DNA of 64,000 nucleotides from Betaproteobacteria bacterium (GTDB lineage: Bacteria; Pseudomonadota; Gammaproteobacteria; Burkholderiales; Ga0077523), in the NCBI GenBank assembly GCA_025350245.1, contig JANXYG010000118.1, positions 482 through 64,481 on the forward strand, in the 5' to 3' direction. The notes beneath the pieces are model-generated. The model was not told the DNA's origin and ran no database searches. It worked only from the letters and a program-made list of their open reading frames with translations. Every line of letters starts with the position of its first letter. The first letter of the stretch is position 1. The translations under genes and the position numbers were made by a program. Of the stretch, positions 8,942 to 17,663 are shown piece by piece.

Positions 8942-9952
8942 TCAGTTGAAATCGCGGCGCGCGCGCGGCAACGCACCGCACTGCTGCTGAATGGCGAACC
9001 GCCAGCGCTGGTAGGCCCCGATGCTTTCCTCGCCCGCCGGTATGCAGGCAATCGCGATGTCGGCGGCCGACGTCAACGACATGCCCAGCAGTTCGGCACA
9101 CGCGAGTTCCGCATGCGGCACCGGATTCGCGGCTTTCCGCCGCGCCTCCGCGGCAAAGACGATGCCCTGGGCCAGTGCCGGAAAGTGCGCTCCCGCGCGA
9201 TCACGCAGGATGCGCAATGCCTCGGGATCGGTGCTGCCCGCATAGGTTGCCGCGAGCCCCACCCCCGCCCAGAGGTCGGCGCGGCGATCTTCCTCGAACG
9301 TGCCGATGGCCGCAGCCACGGCGACCGGCTCGGCGCCCCGAACGAACCACAGGCTGCGCCCCAGTCCCTGGTCGAAGATGCGCGCGGCATCGGCGTCGAG
9401 GCCGCGCGGTCGGCGCCGGCCGACGATGGATTGTCGCCAGCGGAAGTAGCCCTCGTGAAAGCCGTAGCCGTCGAATGCGAGCCACTTGTTGAGCGAGCGA
9501 TGGCGCGCCAGGGTCCGCATGGGCGACACCGGCATGCGGGCGATGAACCAGCCCAGGCCAACCCACGACATGTAGTCGTGGTGGCTGGCGGCACCGGCGA
9601 TGTAGGCATCGAAAAAATGCTGCCCGGGCGTCATGAAGTCGGCAATTGCCAGGCCCATGGCCGCGCCTTCGTACTCGAAGCCGACATCGGCAGCCGGTCG
9701 GAGCGACAGGGCCTCGGTGAGTTCAGGCAGACTCGCGCACCGCACGGCACGGTTGTAGCCCCAGGCGAAGTGCGCGCCGATGGCTTCGAGGCGCTCGACG
9801 ACCTCGGCACGCTCGACGGTAAAGCCGCGGGTCGAGACCTTCGTCTCCTTGTCGGCCAGACCTGCCACGCGACCGACGAACCCGGCCCAGAGCCGTCGCA
9901 GGGCGGATGGCCTGTCCGCCATCGGGACCGTACCACCGGCGCGGTCATTCAT
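8942..9952 (-). CDS. UnbL-like protein (DUF1702; enediyne-cassette E3 type)
   Basis: 336-aa ORF with ATG at 9952, overlapping the thioesterase stop by 8 nt. Soluble and helical (..VSTRGFTVERAEVVERLEAIGAHFAWGYNRAV..FEYEGAAMGLAI..WLAFDGYGFHEGYF..). The position and size fit the UnbL slot of the cassette. Assignment is from recall. Confidence 0.6.
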   Translation of the reverse strand: MNDRAGGTVPMADRPSALRRLWAGFVGRVAGLADKETKVSTRGFTVERAEVVERLEAIGAHFAWGYNRAVRCASLPELTEALSLRPAADVGFEYEGAAMGLAIADFMTPGQHFFDAYIAGAASHHDYMSWVGLGWFIARMPVSPMRTLARHRSLNKWLAFDGYGFHEGYFRWRQSIVGRRRPRGLDADAARIFDQGLGRSLWFVRGAEPVAVAAAIGTFEEDRRADLWAGVGLAATYAGSTDPEALRILRDRAGAHFPALAQGIVFAAEARRKAANPVPHAELACAELLGMSLTSAADIAIACIPAGEESIGAYQRWRFAIQQQCGALPRARRDFN

Positions 9953-10370
9953 AGTTGCGCACCGCCTTCATCAGCACCGGTGGAATCTCGCACAGATCCC
10001 AGCGGGTGCCTTCGCGCCGCAGGAACTTGATGTCCTGCCGGCCGCGCGCGAGCGTATCGGTCACCGCACTCCTGCGGCTATAGTCGAAATTCAGGCTGAC
10101 CCCGTAGGCGATGAAACGATTCAGGCTCATCCGCACCACCACCTCGTCGAAGGCCGTGAACTCATCGACGAAATCGCAGCTCGCGTGCGCCGTCACCAGA
10201 CGAAGTTCACCGTTCTGCAGCGCTACCAGCGTCTCGGGGGCGTGTTCCCGCAGGAACATCTCGCGACATCGCCCCTGCCAGGAGAAGTAGTTGGTGTAAT
10301 AGACATTGCCCACGAGGTTGGTCTCCTCGAAGGTGACCACGTGGTCCATGTCGAATGTTCGCCTGCTCAT
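9945..10370 (-). CDS. Hot-dog fold (4HBT-type) thioesterase, enediyne TEBC/E10-like
   Basis: 141 aa with ATG 10370 sharing ATGA with the PKS stop. VTFEETNLVGNVYYTNYFSWQGRCREMFLREH is the N-terminal signature I recall for the thioesterases coupled to PKSE. Confidence 0.75.
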   Translation of the reverse strand: MSRRTFDMDHVVTFEETNLVGNVYYTNYFSWQGRCREMFLREHAPETLVALQNGELRLVTAHASCDFVDEFTAFDEVVVRMSLNRFIAYGVSLNFDYSRRSAVTDTLARGRQDIKFLRREGTRWDLCEIPPVLMKAVRNYE

Positions 10371-13300
10371 GCCGGTGTGCTCACGCGCTCGTCGGCAGCC
10401 CGCTGCGCATCGGTGGCGTCCACGAGGCGCGCATCACCGGCCGCCGCGACGCCCTCCACCGCCACGGCCAGCATGGCTGGTCGGGGCGCGTCAGCCGACG
10501 CCAGCTTCAGCAACATGACGGCCATGCGCCGCGATCCTTGGTCGAAGAACCAGACCGGCCCCATGTGCGATGTCTCGACACGCTGGAACGACGTGGTCGC
10601 GAGCTGCCAATCGGCACAGCCGAGCTTGATCAGGCACTCCGACAGGGTCCAGACGATGAGCATCGCGTCCGCGAGGCTCGCAAGCCCCTGCCGCGCCAGG
10701 TGCTCGGCGAACCCGGACCGCGGCTCGCCGAGCATCACGCGCCAATCGTCGATCGGGTAATCCGGCTGGAACTGCAGGTCGACGGCGACCGGTCCCGCCG
10801 TCCGGGCCAGTGCCACTGTCACATCGTTGGCGTGGGACGTGCTCACACTGGCGCCTTCGACGCGAACCGCTCCATCGGGCGCGCGACCGGGATCGACCGG
10901 TCGGCCTAACGCGAGCGAAAGCGCTGCACCGGAACGCCGGTCGCGAGCTTGCCCGAACACGACACCGGCGGTCGCGTCATGCGCGCCGAGTTCATCGACC
11001 GCGAGCCGCACCAGCAGCGGCTGGAGCAACTCGCGCGGGAGCACACATGGCGCTTCCGATGCCGACGCCGCGACCGACCGCAACAACTCCAGTCCGATCC
11101 ATTGCTCGGCCACCATGCCTGCGGCGTCGCAGACCTGGATGTCGAAGACGAATCGCCGGCCGTCGCTGAACGTCTGGCGCGCATCGATCGTGTATTCGAC
11201 GTCGGTGGCGAGGCGGCCGAGCCGGATCGTCGCCGCACCGACCGGCAGCACCACCTGGTGCGGCACGCACATCTGCAGCCCGTGCAACACGGCATCGCGA
11301 AGGGAAAGGTCGCCGGACCAGAGCCGCTGCGGCAACAACGGGCCGTACCAGTCGCTGTTCGGGCCCGGGCCGGTGCGGAACCGGCAATGCGTTGCGCTGA
11401 CCGCGACGACCGTTGCCACGCGGCGGAATCTCGGGCCGTGAAAGCACAAACCCTGGTAAAGCACGCCGGCTGCGGGCACGCCGGGCCCGAGATCATATGC
11501 CCCGGCCATCGGGGTGAACGCCGGTGCAGCCCAGGTCAGGCGGGCGGAGAAGTGAACGACATCGAAACCGGTGGTGTCCGATCGGACCTGGAGGTGAACC
11601 GACCCGTCGGCGCGCACCAAGGCAGCGGTGCGCAACACGAAACGCTGGCCGAGCGTGCACGAGACGGCCTCGCCGATGCTCAATTCTGTGACCACCGGCA
11701 AATCCTGGCGCTCGCAGACGCATTGCCCGGCGCTCACCATGGCTTCGAGGGCACAGACCACCGGGAACACCGGCACGTGGAACGGCGCGTGGTCCCTCAG
11801 GTATCGATCGCCGTCACTGCATATCTCGGCGTCGGCGACCAGTTCGACGCCCGGGTAGAACACCCGCGGACGTTCGAGATACCGATGGGCCTGCAATGGC
11901 CCCAGTTCGGTCGCGGGGTCGATGGTGCGCCCGTATCGCCCGGTCACGATCACGGGCACCTGGCTGCTGTGGCTCAACAATTGGCGCAGGGCATCGATGG
12001 CTTCCGTGCTGTCGATCGGCCGGGTGCCAGCCCGCCGCAGACCGTCGAGAACGCCTTCCAGGCGAACGGCCATGCCGGCCTCGCCCCAGGCGGACCAGCA
12101 GATCGGGATCACCCGGCAGTTCGGCAGATCGCCCGCGACTCGCGAGAGCAGGTTGTTCAACCACTCGTTGGCCAGGGCGTAGTGCGATTCGCCGGCAAGA
12201 CCCAGCTCGCCGATGATGGAGCTGTAGCCGATCACGAGCTCGAGCCGCCGGCACGAAAGATGGGCGAGCAAGTTGTCCAGCGATGCGACCTTGCTTGCGA
12301 CCGTCGCCTTGATCTCGTCCAGCGTGAGTTCGGCCACGCCCGACGGCCGATTGATGCCGGCCGAATGGATCACCGCGCATACCTGACCTGATCCAGCCTC
12401 GATGTCGGCCACGATCGTGCCTGCCTGGGCATCATCGGACAAGTCGCCCCGGTAGTACCGGACATCGCTACCGGCCGCCTGCAAGGTGGCAACCGTGGCC
12501 ACGATCTGGGGATCATCCGCCGGGGTCCGGCCGACCAGGGCGAGGCGGCACTGGAACCGTTGCGCCAGGGCCAGTGCAGTGGCGGCGCCGATGCCCCTCG
12601 CCCCGCCGGTGACCACGACGGTGGTATCTGGTGGCGGCGCCCAGGACGACGGGCATTCCTGCAGTGCTGTCGCCGCAAGCCGCCGCCGCTGCTGCGATCG
12701 ACCGCGCAGGCGCAATTCACTGAAGCCATGGTCGCGTCGCGCGAATTCCACCACGGCGCATTCCAGCGTTGCCGGATCGAGTTGTTCGTATTCGACCACG
12801 CACCACCGGCGGTTCGGCACTTCGGCCGCAATCGAGCGCAGGAATCCGTTGGCAAGCTGCGCGCCCTGCAGCACGAGCAAGCCGGCGCCGTCGGCTGCGG
12901 ACGTCACGCGCATGGCGCACTCCAGCAAAGCCGCAAGCGCATGGTCGGATCCGAGGCTCGGCAATACCAGCAAGAACATGCCGGCACCGCCAACGTCGGG
13001 CGGCGTGCAGAGGCAGGACCGACAGGCGTCCGGAAGCGGCGCGAGTGAATCCTCCAGTGCGACCGGCCACGGCCATCCGGCTATCTCGACCGGGACCACT
13101 TCCGCATCGACCCATCGATGGTCGAACAGACGCAACCAGGGTTCGAGCCCGGCGGGCACCGCATCATCGTCGTCCGGCGCCGAATGCCGCAGGCCGTCGA
13201 GATAGGCCGCGATGTCGTCGAGGGTCGCCTTGGCGAGCTTTGAAAGATCGAAGGGGAGCTGGGCCAGTCCGAGCAGGCGCGCGGTGGTGGCGATGGCGTG

Positions 13301-16213
13301 CCGGGCGCGGATGGAATTCAGGTGCAGGTCACCGAGGAGCCGAAGGTTGCCGTCGAGTCCGCCCGCGCCGAGCCCCGTGACGTCGGCAAGCACCGTGCGC
13401 AAGGCGTCGATGGAGGCGACATCGCTGCGCACGCGCAGGCTCGATCGGTCAGGCATGGCGGGTGTTTCAGCCACGGCGTCCGGCAACGCGACGGGCGCCT
13501 GATCACCGACTGGCAGTCCGCACGGGTTCGCCAGGAACACGGGGTGGTCGTCGATGCCGCAAGGCCGCATCGACCGACCGTCATACAGCGTGTCACGCCC
13601 GAGTTCTCCGCCAAAAGTCCAGAACGCCCCCATGGCCAGCAACATCGACACCGGCGAGTCGGCGAACAACTCGAGGGACAGCGCGTGACCGCCCTTTCGT
13701 TCTGCAACCAATCCGACCAGTGATGCGCTCGCGCCGACCTCGATGACCAGGTCCGCGTCGCCGATCGCGTCCAGCGCGTCTGCGAACTTCACCGGTGCCA
13801 CCACTTGTCGCGCCAGCAGCGTCGGCAGATGCTCAGCCCCGTCGAGCATGATTCCGGTGATGCTGGACACCATGGGCGCGCGCGCCGGCAGCCAGTTCAC
13901 GGTGGCGAGATGGGTCGAGAAAGCATCGCTGGCCGCCTGCATGAGGCGCGAGTGGAATGCCCGCGAGGTCGGCAGGATGTCGGCCGCGATTCTCGCCTCC
14001 GAACACGCCGCCGCAACCGCGTCGATCCGTGTGGTCTCGCCGGCCAGGACGTACCGGTTGGCCCCGTTTTCGCAGGCGAGGTCGACGCCGTGCGCAGCGG
14101 TCAGCGCGATCACACGGTCGCGCGGTGCACGTAACGCGATCATCGCGCCGCGCGCGGCGCTGGCGCTCATCACTTGCCCGCGCGCATCCGCCATCGCACG
14201 AAATGCCGCGACATCGATGCGGCCCGAGGCCAGGAGCGCCGACAATTCACCGAAGCTGTGCCCGAAGACGACTGACGGTTCGATGCCGAACTGCGCGAGC
14301 AGTTGCAGTCCCGCCACGGCAACCTCGCCGAGCAGCGGCTGCACCACTGCGGTGTCGCTCAGGTCGCGTGCCGCCAACGTCGACGCTCGCGAAGCCGCAG
14401 CGGCAAGCGACGGAAAACGAGCCGCCCACGGGCCGGGCGTCATCTGCAGCGGCAGGCCCTGTCCGGGGAAAAGCAGCGCCACCCTGGGGCTGGCGGTGGC
14501 CGGCGCCGACCAGCAGAACCGGGCGCCGATGTGCCGCTGCTTCCCGGTGCGTTCGCGCAGCGATTCGACGGCGGCATCCGCAGCCGTCTGAAGTTCTTGG
14601 GGCGTGGCCGCAACCAGGCTCGCGCGCCAGCACGCCGGATCGGCGGAAGGGTTCAGGGCGAAGGCCAGATCCCCCATCTGCGCGCGGGACAGCGTACGTG
14701 CCCGATTGGCCATCGTCGCGAGCAGGGCTGCAAGGCTGTCGTCATCAACGGCCTGCAACTGGAACAGCTCGCCGGGCAGCAGCGACAGGTCACGCAACGG
14801 CAGCGCCATCGCGGTCGGGTGGTGCGGTTCGGCGTCTTCCGCGCCCTGAATCACCACGTGGCAGTTGACGCCGCCGAAGCCGAACGAATTGACGCCGACA
14901 ACAATCGGCTCGGCGTGCGAGACCAGCTCGGCCCGGGAACGGACGTTCACGCGACGTCCGGTGTCTCCCTGCAGGATGGCATGCGGTATCTCGCAGCCGG
15001 TGGTCGGCGGAATGATCCGCTCGCGACAGATGGCGATGGCCTTGAGCAGGCCGGCCATGCCGGCAGCGGCCTTGGTATGGCCGATGTTGCCCTTGATCGA
15101 ACCCACCGGTATCGGCCGGTCCGGAACCGTAGTGCCCAGGAGTCCGGCAAGACCGGCCAGTTCGACCGGGTCGCCGGTCGGTGTACCGGTGCCATGCGCC
15201 TCGAAATAGTCGGCCGCTGCCGCGGACAGGCCCGCGCGGGCCCACGCGCGTTGCGCAGCCAGCGTCTGGCCTTCGACTGTCGGTCGGGTAAGGGCGCCTT
15301 CCCCGTCGGTCGACATGGCTGCGCCACGCACCCAGGCGAGTACCGGCCAGCGTCGTCGTGCGACGACTTCCTCGGACGCCAGCACCAGGAATCCGCATCC
15401 CTCGCCTGGCCAGAAGCCGTCGGACTTTTCATCGAAGATACGCATCGACTGTCGCGCGAGCGCCCCATTGCGCGCAAAACCCACCAGCTCGAACGGATCA
15501 AGGCTCAAGTCAACGGCACCGACCACGACGCAACCGATGTCGCCCATCGCGAGTCGCTCGAAGGCGGTGACGACCGCCACGAGCGACGAGGCGCAGGCGC
15601 CGTCCACCGTGTGCGCGCCGCCGCGCAGGCCGTGATGGTTGGCGATGCGGCCCGCGATCGTGTTCGACAACCCACCGGCCAGGCTGTCTTCGTCAGGCGC
15701 CGGAAACGGCGCCTTGTAAGCTGCCTCGAGCGCCCTGATGCCGGATTCCGGGATAACCGGTGACTGATCGTCGTTGCGCATGTCGCGAAGCAGGCGCTCG
15801 ACGTAGGGCCAGCGATAGCGCATGAGGTGCGATCGGCTGAACTCGCCGGTCAAGGTATTCGCGACGATCACGGCCGTCGTGTCGCGCTCCGCAGCCATGC
15901 CGGCGGGATCCAGATCCGACAGCGCCCGCGTGGCGACATCGAGCGCGAGCCAGTGAGCCATGTCCGTGCGTTCGAAGGCGGACTCGGGCACGCGAAAGCG
16001 CTCCCGATCGAATCGATAGCCCTCAAGAAGAGCAGCCTCTATGGGATAGATACTGTCAGGCCCTGTGGCTGCGCGGACATAGTCGTCGACAATCAGACGC
16101 TCGGCGGGAATCCGCCGGAAACTGCGCCTGCCGTGCAGCACCGTCGCCCACAACTCCCGGAGCGTTCGCGCATCGGGGAATTCGCACGCTGCCGCTACAA
16201 CCGCCACGTTCAT
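10367..16213 (-). CDS. Iterative type I polyketide synthase of the enediyne PKSE architecture (KS-AT-ACP-KR-DH-PPTase)
   Basis: 1948 aa, ATG 16213 with GGGAGG 9 nt upstream. Motifs in order:
- KS: DGACASS (Cys207), EAHGTGT (His340), KGNIGHT (His379)
- AT: GHSFGE (Ser653), AFHS
- single ACP: LGDLHLNSI (Ser967)
- KR: VVVTGGARGIGAA (1199-1211), SHYALAN (Tyr1345)
- DH: LRDHAPFHVPVFP (His1475)
- C-terminal PPTase-like: VAVDLQ..WTLSECLIK (1809-1863). Confidence 0.9.
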   Translation of the reverse strand: MNVAVVAAACEFPDARTLRELWATVLHGRRSFRRIPAERLIVDDYVRAATGPDSIYPIEAALLEGYRFDRERFRVPESAFERTDMAHWLALDVATRALSDLDPAGMAAERDTTAVIVANTLTGEFSRSHLMRYRWPYVERLLRDMRNDDQSPVIPESGIRALEAAYKAPFPAPDEDSLAGGLSNTIAGRIANHHGLRGGAHTVDGACASSLVAVVTAFERLAMGDIGCVVVGAVDLSLDPFELVGFARNGALARQSMRIFDEKSDGFWPGEGCGFLVLASEEVVARRRWPVLAWVRGAAMSTDGEGALTRPTVEGQTLAAQRAWARAGLSAAAADYFEAHGTGTPTGDPVELAGLAGLLGTTVPDRPIPVGSIKGNIGHTKAAAGMAGLLKAIAICRERIIPPTTGCEIPHAILQGDTGRRVNVRSRAELVSHAEPIVVGVNSFGFGGVNCHVVIQGAEDAEPHHPTAMALPLRDLSLLPGELFQLQAVDDDSLAALLATMANRARTLSRAQMGDLAFALNPSADPACWRASLVAATPQELQTAADAAVESLRERTGKQRHIGARFCWSAPATASPRVALLFPGQGLPLQMTPGPWAARFPSLAAAASRASTLAARDLSDTAVVQPLLGEVAVAGLQLLAQFGIEPSVVFGHSFGELSALLASGRIDVAAFRAMADARGQVMSASAARGAMIALRAPRDRVIALTAAHGVDLACENGANRYVLAGETTRIDAVAAACSEARIAADILPTSRAFHSRLMQAASDAFSTHLATVNWLPARAPMVSSITGIMLDGAEHLPTLLARQVVAPVKFADALDAIGDADLVIEVGASASLVGLVAERKGGHALSLELFADSPVSMLLAMGAFWTFGGELGRDTLYDGRSMRPCGIDDHPVFLANPCGLPVGDQAPVALPDAVAETPAMPDRSSLRVRSDVASIDALRTVLADVTGLGAGGLDGNLRLLGDLHLNSIRARHAIATTARLLGLAQLPFDLSKLAKATLDDIAAYLDGLRHSAPDDDDAVPAGLEPWLRLFDHRWVDAEVVPVEIAGWPWPVALEDSLAPLPDACRSCLCTPPDVGGAGMFLLVLPSLGSDHALAALLECAMRVTSAADGAGLLVLQGAQLANGFLRSIAAEVPNRRWCVVEYEQLDPATLECAVVEFARRDHGFSELRLRGRSQQRRRLAATALQECPSSWAPPPDTTVVVTGGARGIGAATALALAQRFQCRLALVGRTPADDPQIVATVATLQAAGSDVRYYRGDLSDDAQAGTIVADIEAGSGQVCAVIHSAGINRPSGVAELTLDEIKATVASKVASLDNLLAHLSCRRLELVIGYSSIIGELGLAGESHYALANEWLNNLLSRVAGDLPNCRVIPICWSAWGEAGMAVRLEGVLDGLRRAGTRPIDSTEAIDALRQLLSHSSQVPVIVTGRYGRTIDPATELGPLQAHRYLERPRVFYPGVELVADAEICSDGDRYLRDHAPFHVPVFPVVCALEAMVSAGQCVCERQDLPVVTELSIGEAVSCTLGQRFVLRTAALVRADGSVHLQVRSDTTGFDVVHFSARLTWAAPAFTPMAGAYDLGPGVPAAGVLYQGLCFHGPRFRRVATVVAVSATHCRFRTGPGPNSDWYGPLLPQRLWSGDLSLRDAVLHGLQMCVPHQVVLPVGAATIRLGRLATDVEYTIDARQTFSDGRRFVFDIQVCDAAGMVAEQWIGLELLRSVAASASEAPCVLPRELLQPLLVRLAVDELGAHDATAGVVFGQARDRRSGAALSLALGRPVDPGRAPDGAVRVEGASVSTSHANDVTVALARTAGPVAVDLQFQPDYPIDDWRVMLGEPRSGFAEHLARQGLASLADAMLIVWTLSECLIKLGCADWQLATTSFQRVETSHMGPVWFFDQGSRRMAVMLLKLASADAPRPAMLAVAVEGVAAAGDARLVDATDAQRAADERVSTPA

Positions 16214-16322
16214 GGGCTCAGGACCTCCCGGTTTCGCTGCGGCGGCGCCTCGCTGCGATCTTGAGTGGGACGTGACTCAGCGTGGGCGCGTCATCGACGC
16301 TGTCGCCAAATCAGAAACAATT

Positions 16323-16352
16323 TGGAACAATTGCGACTGGAACAATTGCGAC
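16323..16352. repeat. Perfect tandem 15-bp direct repeat (tggaacaattgcgac x2) upstream of the PKS operon
   Basis: Read directly: 16323-16337 and 16338-16352 are identical. Each unit contains the palindromic core caattg. It lies 110-140 nt upstream of the PKS ATG in a locally AT-rich stretch. Confidence 0.9.
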
Positions 16353-16593
16353 AGTTTTCCTATTGGAGAACTCTCACGATTCGATACATTGGCAACAAAT
16401 CATCGGTCGCCAACTTGCCTTGTGTCAAGCTTTGAAGGTATTCACCTGGCATCCACACGCGGCAGACCTGCGCACGATGCGACGCTGACAGGATGGTCGG
16501 CCATGCGCCTAGTCTGCGCCAGCCCGGGGCCGCAGCGCGCTGATCGTATGGTGGCGCTATCGGGGCAGGGCGTTGCGACCCGCGATGCGCCGC

Positions 16594-16725
16594 TCAGTTC
16601 GTGACTGCTTCCGCCACCCGCGACGTATCGAAGTTCTGCGCCTTCAGCCACTGCGTGAGCACGGTGTCCATGGTGGCGTGGCTGCAGAACCCGTTGCCCA
16701 GTTCCTGCGCCAGCACCTCACCCAT
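16594..16725 (-). pseudogene. Bacteriohemerythrin 3' fragment (last ~43 codons); second copy of the gene at 19497..19919
   Basis: The minus strand reads MGEVLAQELGNGFCSHATMDTVLTQWLKAQNFDTSRVAEAVTN*, aligning with ..KVLAQELGNWFCSHAATMDTMLAQWLKAQNFDTSREGEAVTS* of the full gene. About 5 substitutions plus one 3-nt indel over ~105 nt (16618-16718 vs 19521-19624). An in-frame stop lies just upstream (16756-16758). Confidence 0.8.
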
Positions 16726-16834
16726 TTTGGGATAGACAACGGGAACTGCCAGGGATCAGACTGATATCTTGGGGAAGGTAACTTCCGTGTGGGGGGGGGC
16801 CAACTCCGTAACCACAACCAAAGGAGACATTTAC

Positions 16835-17632
16835 ATGAAATCGTCAAGTTCTTCCTATCAGGTGGGCACCGCAGTGGCGCTGGCCCTGGCCGCCGCAGTG
16901 GCCGCCGGCCCGGCTCGCGCCGACATCGTGTTGCTGGGTGCGGACTACTTCGCGACCATCCAGCCGACTTTGTTCACGCCGCTCGGTGCCCTTAACCCGC
17001 TGGCTGGGTTGCCCTTCGGCCCCGGCATCACCGACACCATCGTGCACCGCCAGGGTGATTGCTCTCTGGGCCTCGCCGTCGCGGGGTCGAACTGCACCAT
17101 CCCGATCGAGTTGGTGAAGCTGTCGCTGATCAGTACGGTCGACCCGATGGTGCGCCTGCGCGAGTCACCGACGCTTGCCAGCAGCGGGGAGATGACCATC
17201 ATGAGCAACGGCTCGGGCACCGGCGGCACTTTCAATTCGTTCTTCAACGTCTTCTTTGAATTGAGCTTCAACGGCGGCAGCACTTTCACCCCGGAGGGCC
17301 CGCTGCGCTTGTCGTCGTCGGACACCGCCTGGACGACGATCGAACCGCAAACGGGGCTGGTCGACGGTCTGGTTGGCGATCAAAACGCCAACCGCCACAC
17401 CGACAAGGGTGGCAGCTTCGACTTCTACCTCGGGAACGGGAACGGGAACCTCATGAACCTCGTGACGGAGAGGCACCCTGACGGCAGCGTGCACACCGCG
17501 ATCCCCGTCCCCGAGCCGAGCACCTGGGCGCTGTTCGGCCTGGGGTTGGCAGCGATGGCCGGGCTGGTAGGTCGCCGTGCACGCCGCGTGGACGCAGGCC
17601 ATGGGCCTGGCACAGAGCCGCAGCGATCCTGA
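16835..17632 (+). CDS. PEP-CTERM sorting-domain protein
   Basis: ATG 16835 with an AAGGAGA RBS. Signal peptide ..ALALAAAVAAGPARA. C-terminal IPVPEPSTWALFGLGLAAMAGLVGRRARR plus a 14-aa tail. It shares an internal ..SFF[DN]VF[VF][DE][VL].. block with the protein at 3100..4089. Confidence 0.85.
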   Translation: MKSSSSSYQVGTAVALALAAAVAAGPARADIVLLGADYFATIQPTLFTPLGALNPLAGLPFGPGITDTIVHRQGDCSLGLAVAGSNCTIPIELVKLSLISTVDPMVRLRESPTLASSGEMTIMSNGSGTGGTFNSFFNVFFELSFNGGSTFTPEGPLRLSSSDTAWTTIEPQTGLVDGLVGDQNANRHTDKGGSFDFYLGNGNGNLMNLVTERHPDGSVHTAIPVPEPSTWALFGLGLAAMAGLVGRRARRVDAGHGPGTEPQRS

Positions 17633-17663
17633 TGGTCTTGCGTATCGCATCCCAAAGCAGATC

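Noticed and set aside
16323-16352. Sigma-54 promoter, suggested by TGGAAC..TTGC in each 15-mer.
   Set aside because: The GG-to-GC spacing within a unit is about 3 nt shorter than in the TGGCAC-N5-TTGC consensus. The motif is also on the plus strand, while the only nearby operon (PKS) is read on the minus strand.
16212-16604. 130-aa plus-strand ORF upstream of the PKS gene, considered as a possible divergent regulator.
   Set aside because: It has no RBS and no recognisable domain. It runs through the AT-rich promoter and tandem-repeat region and into the hemerythrin remnant, so it is most likely non-coding.
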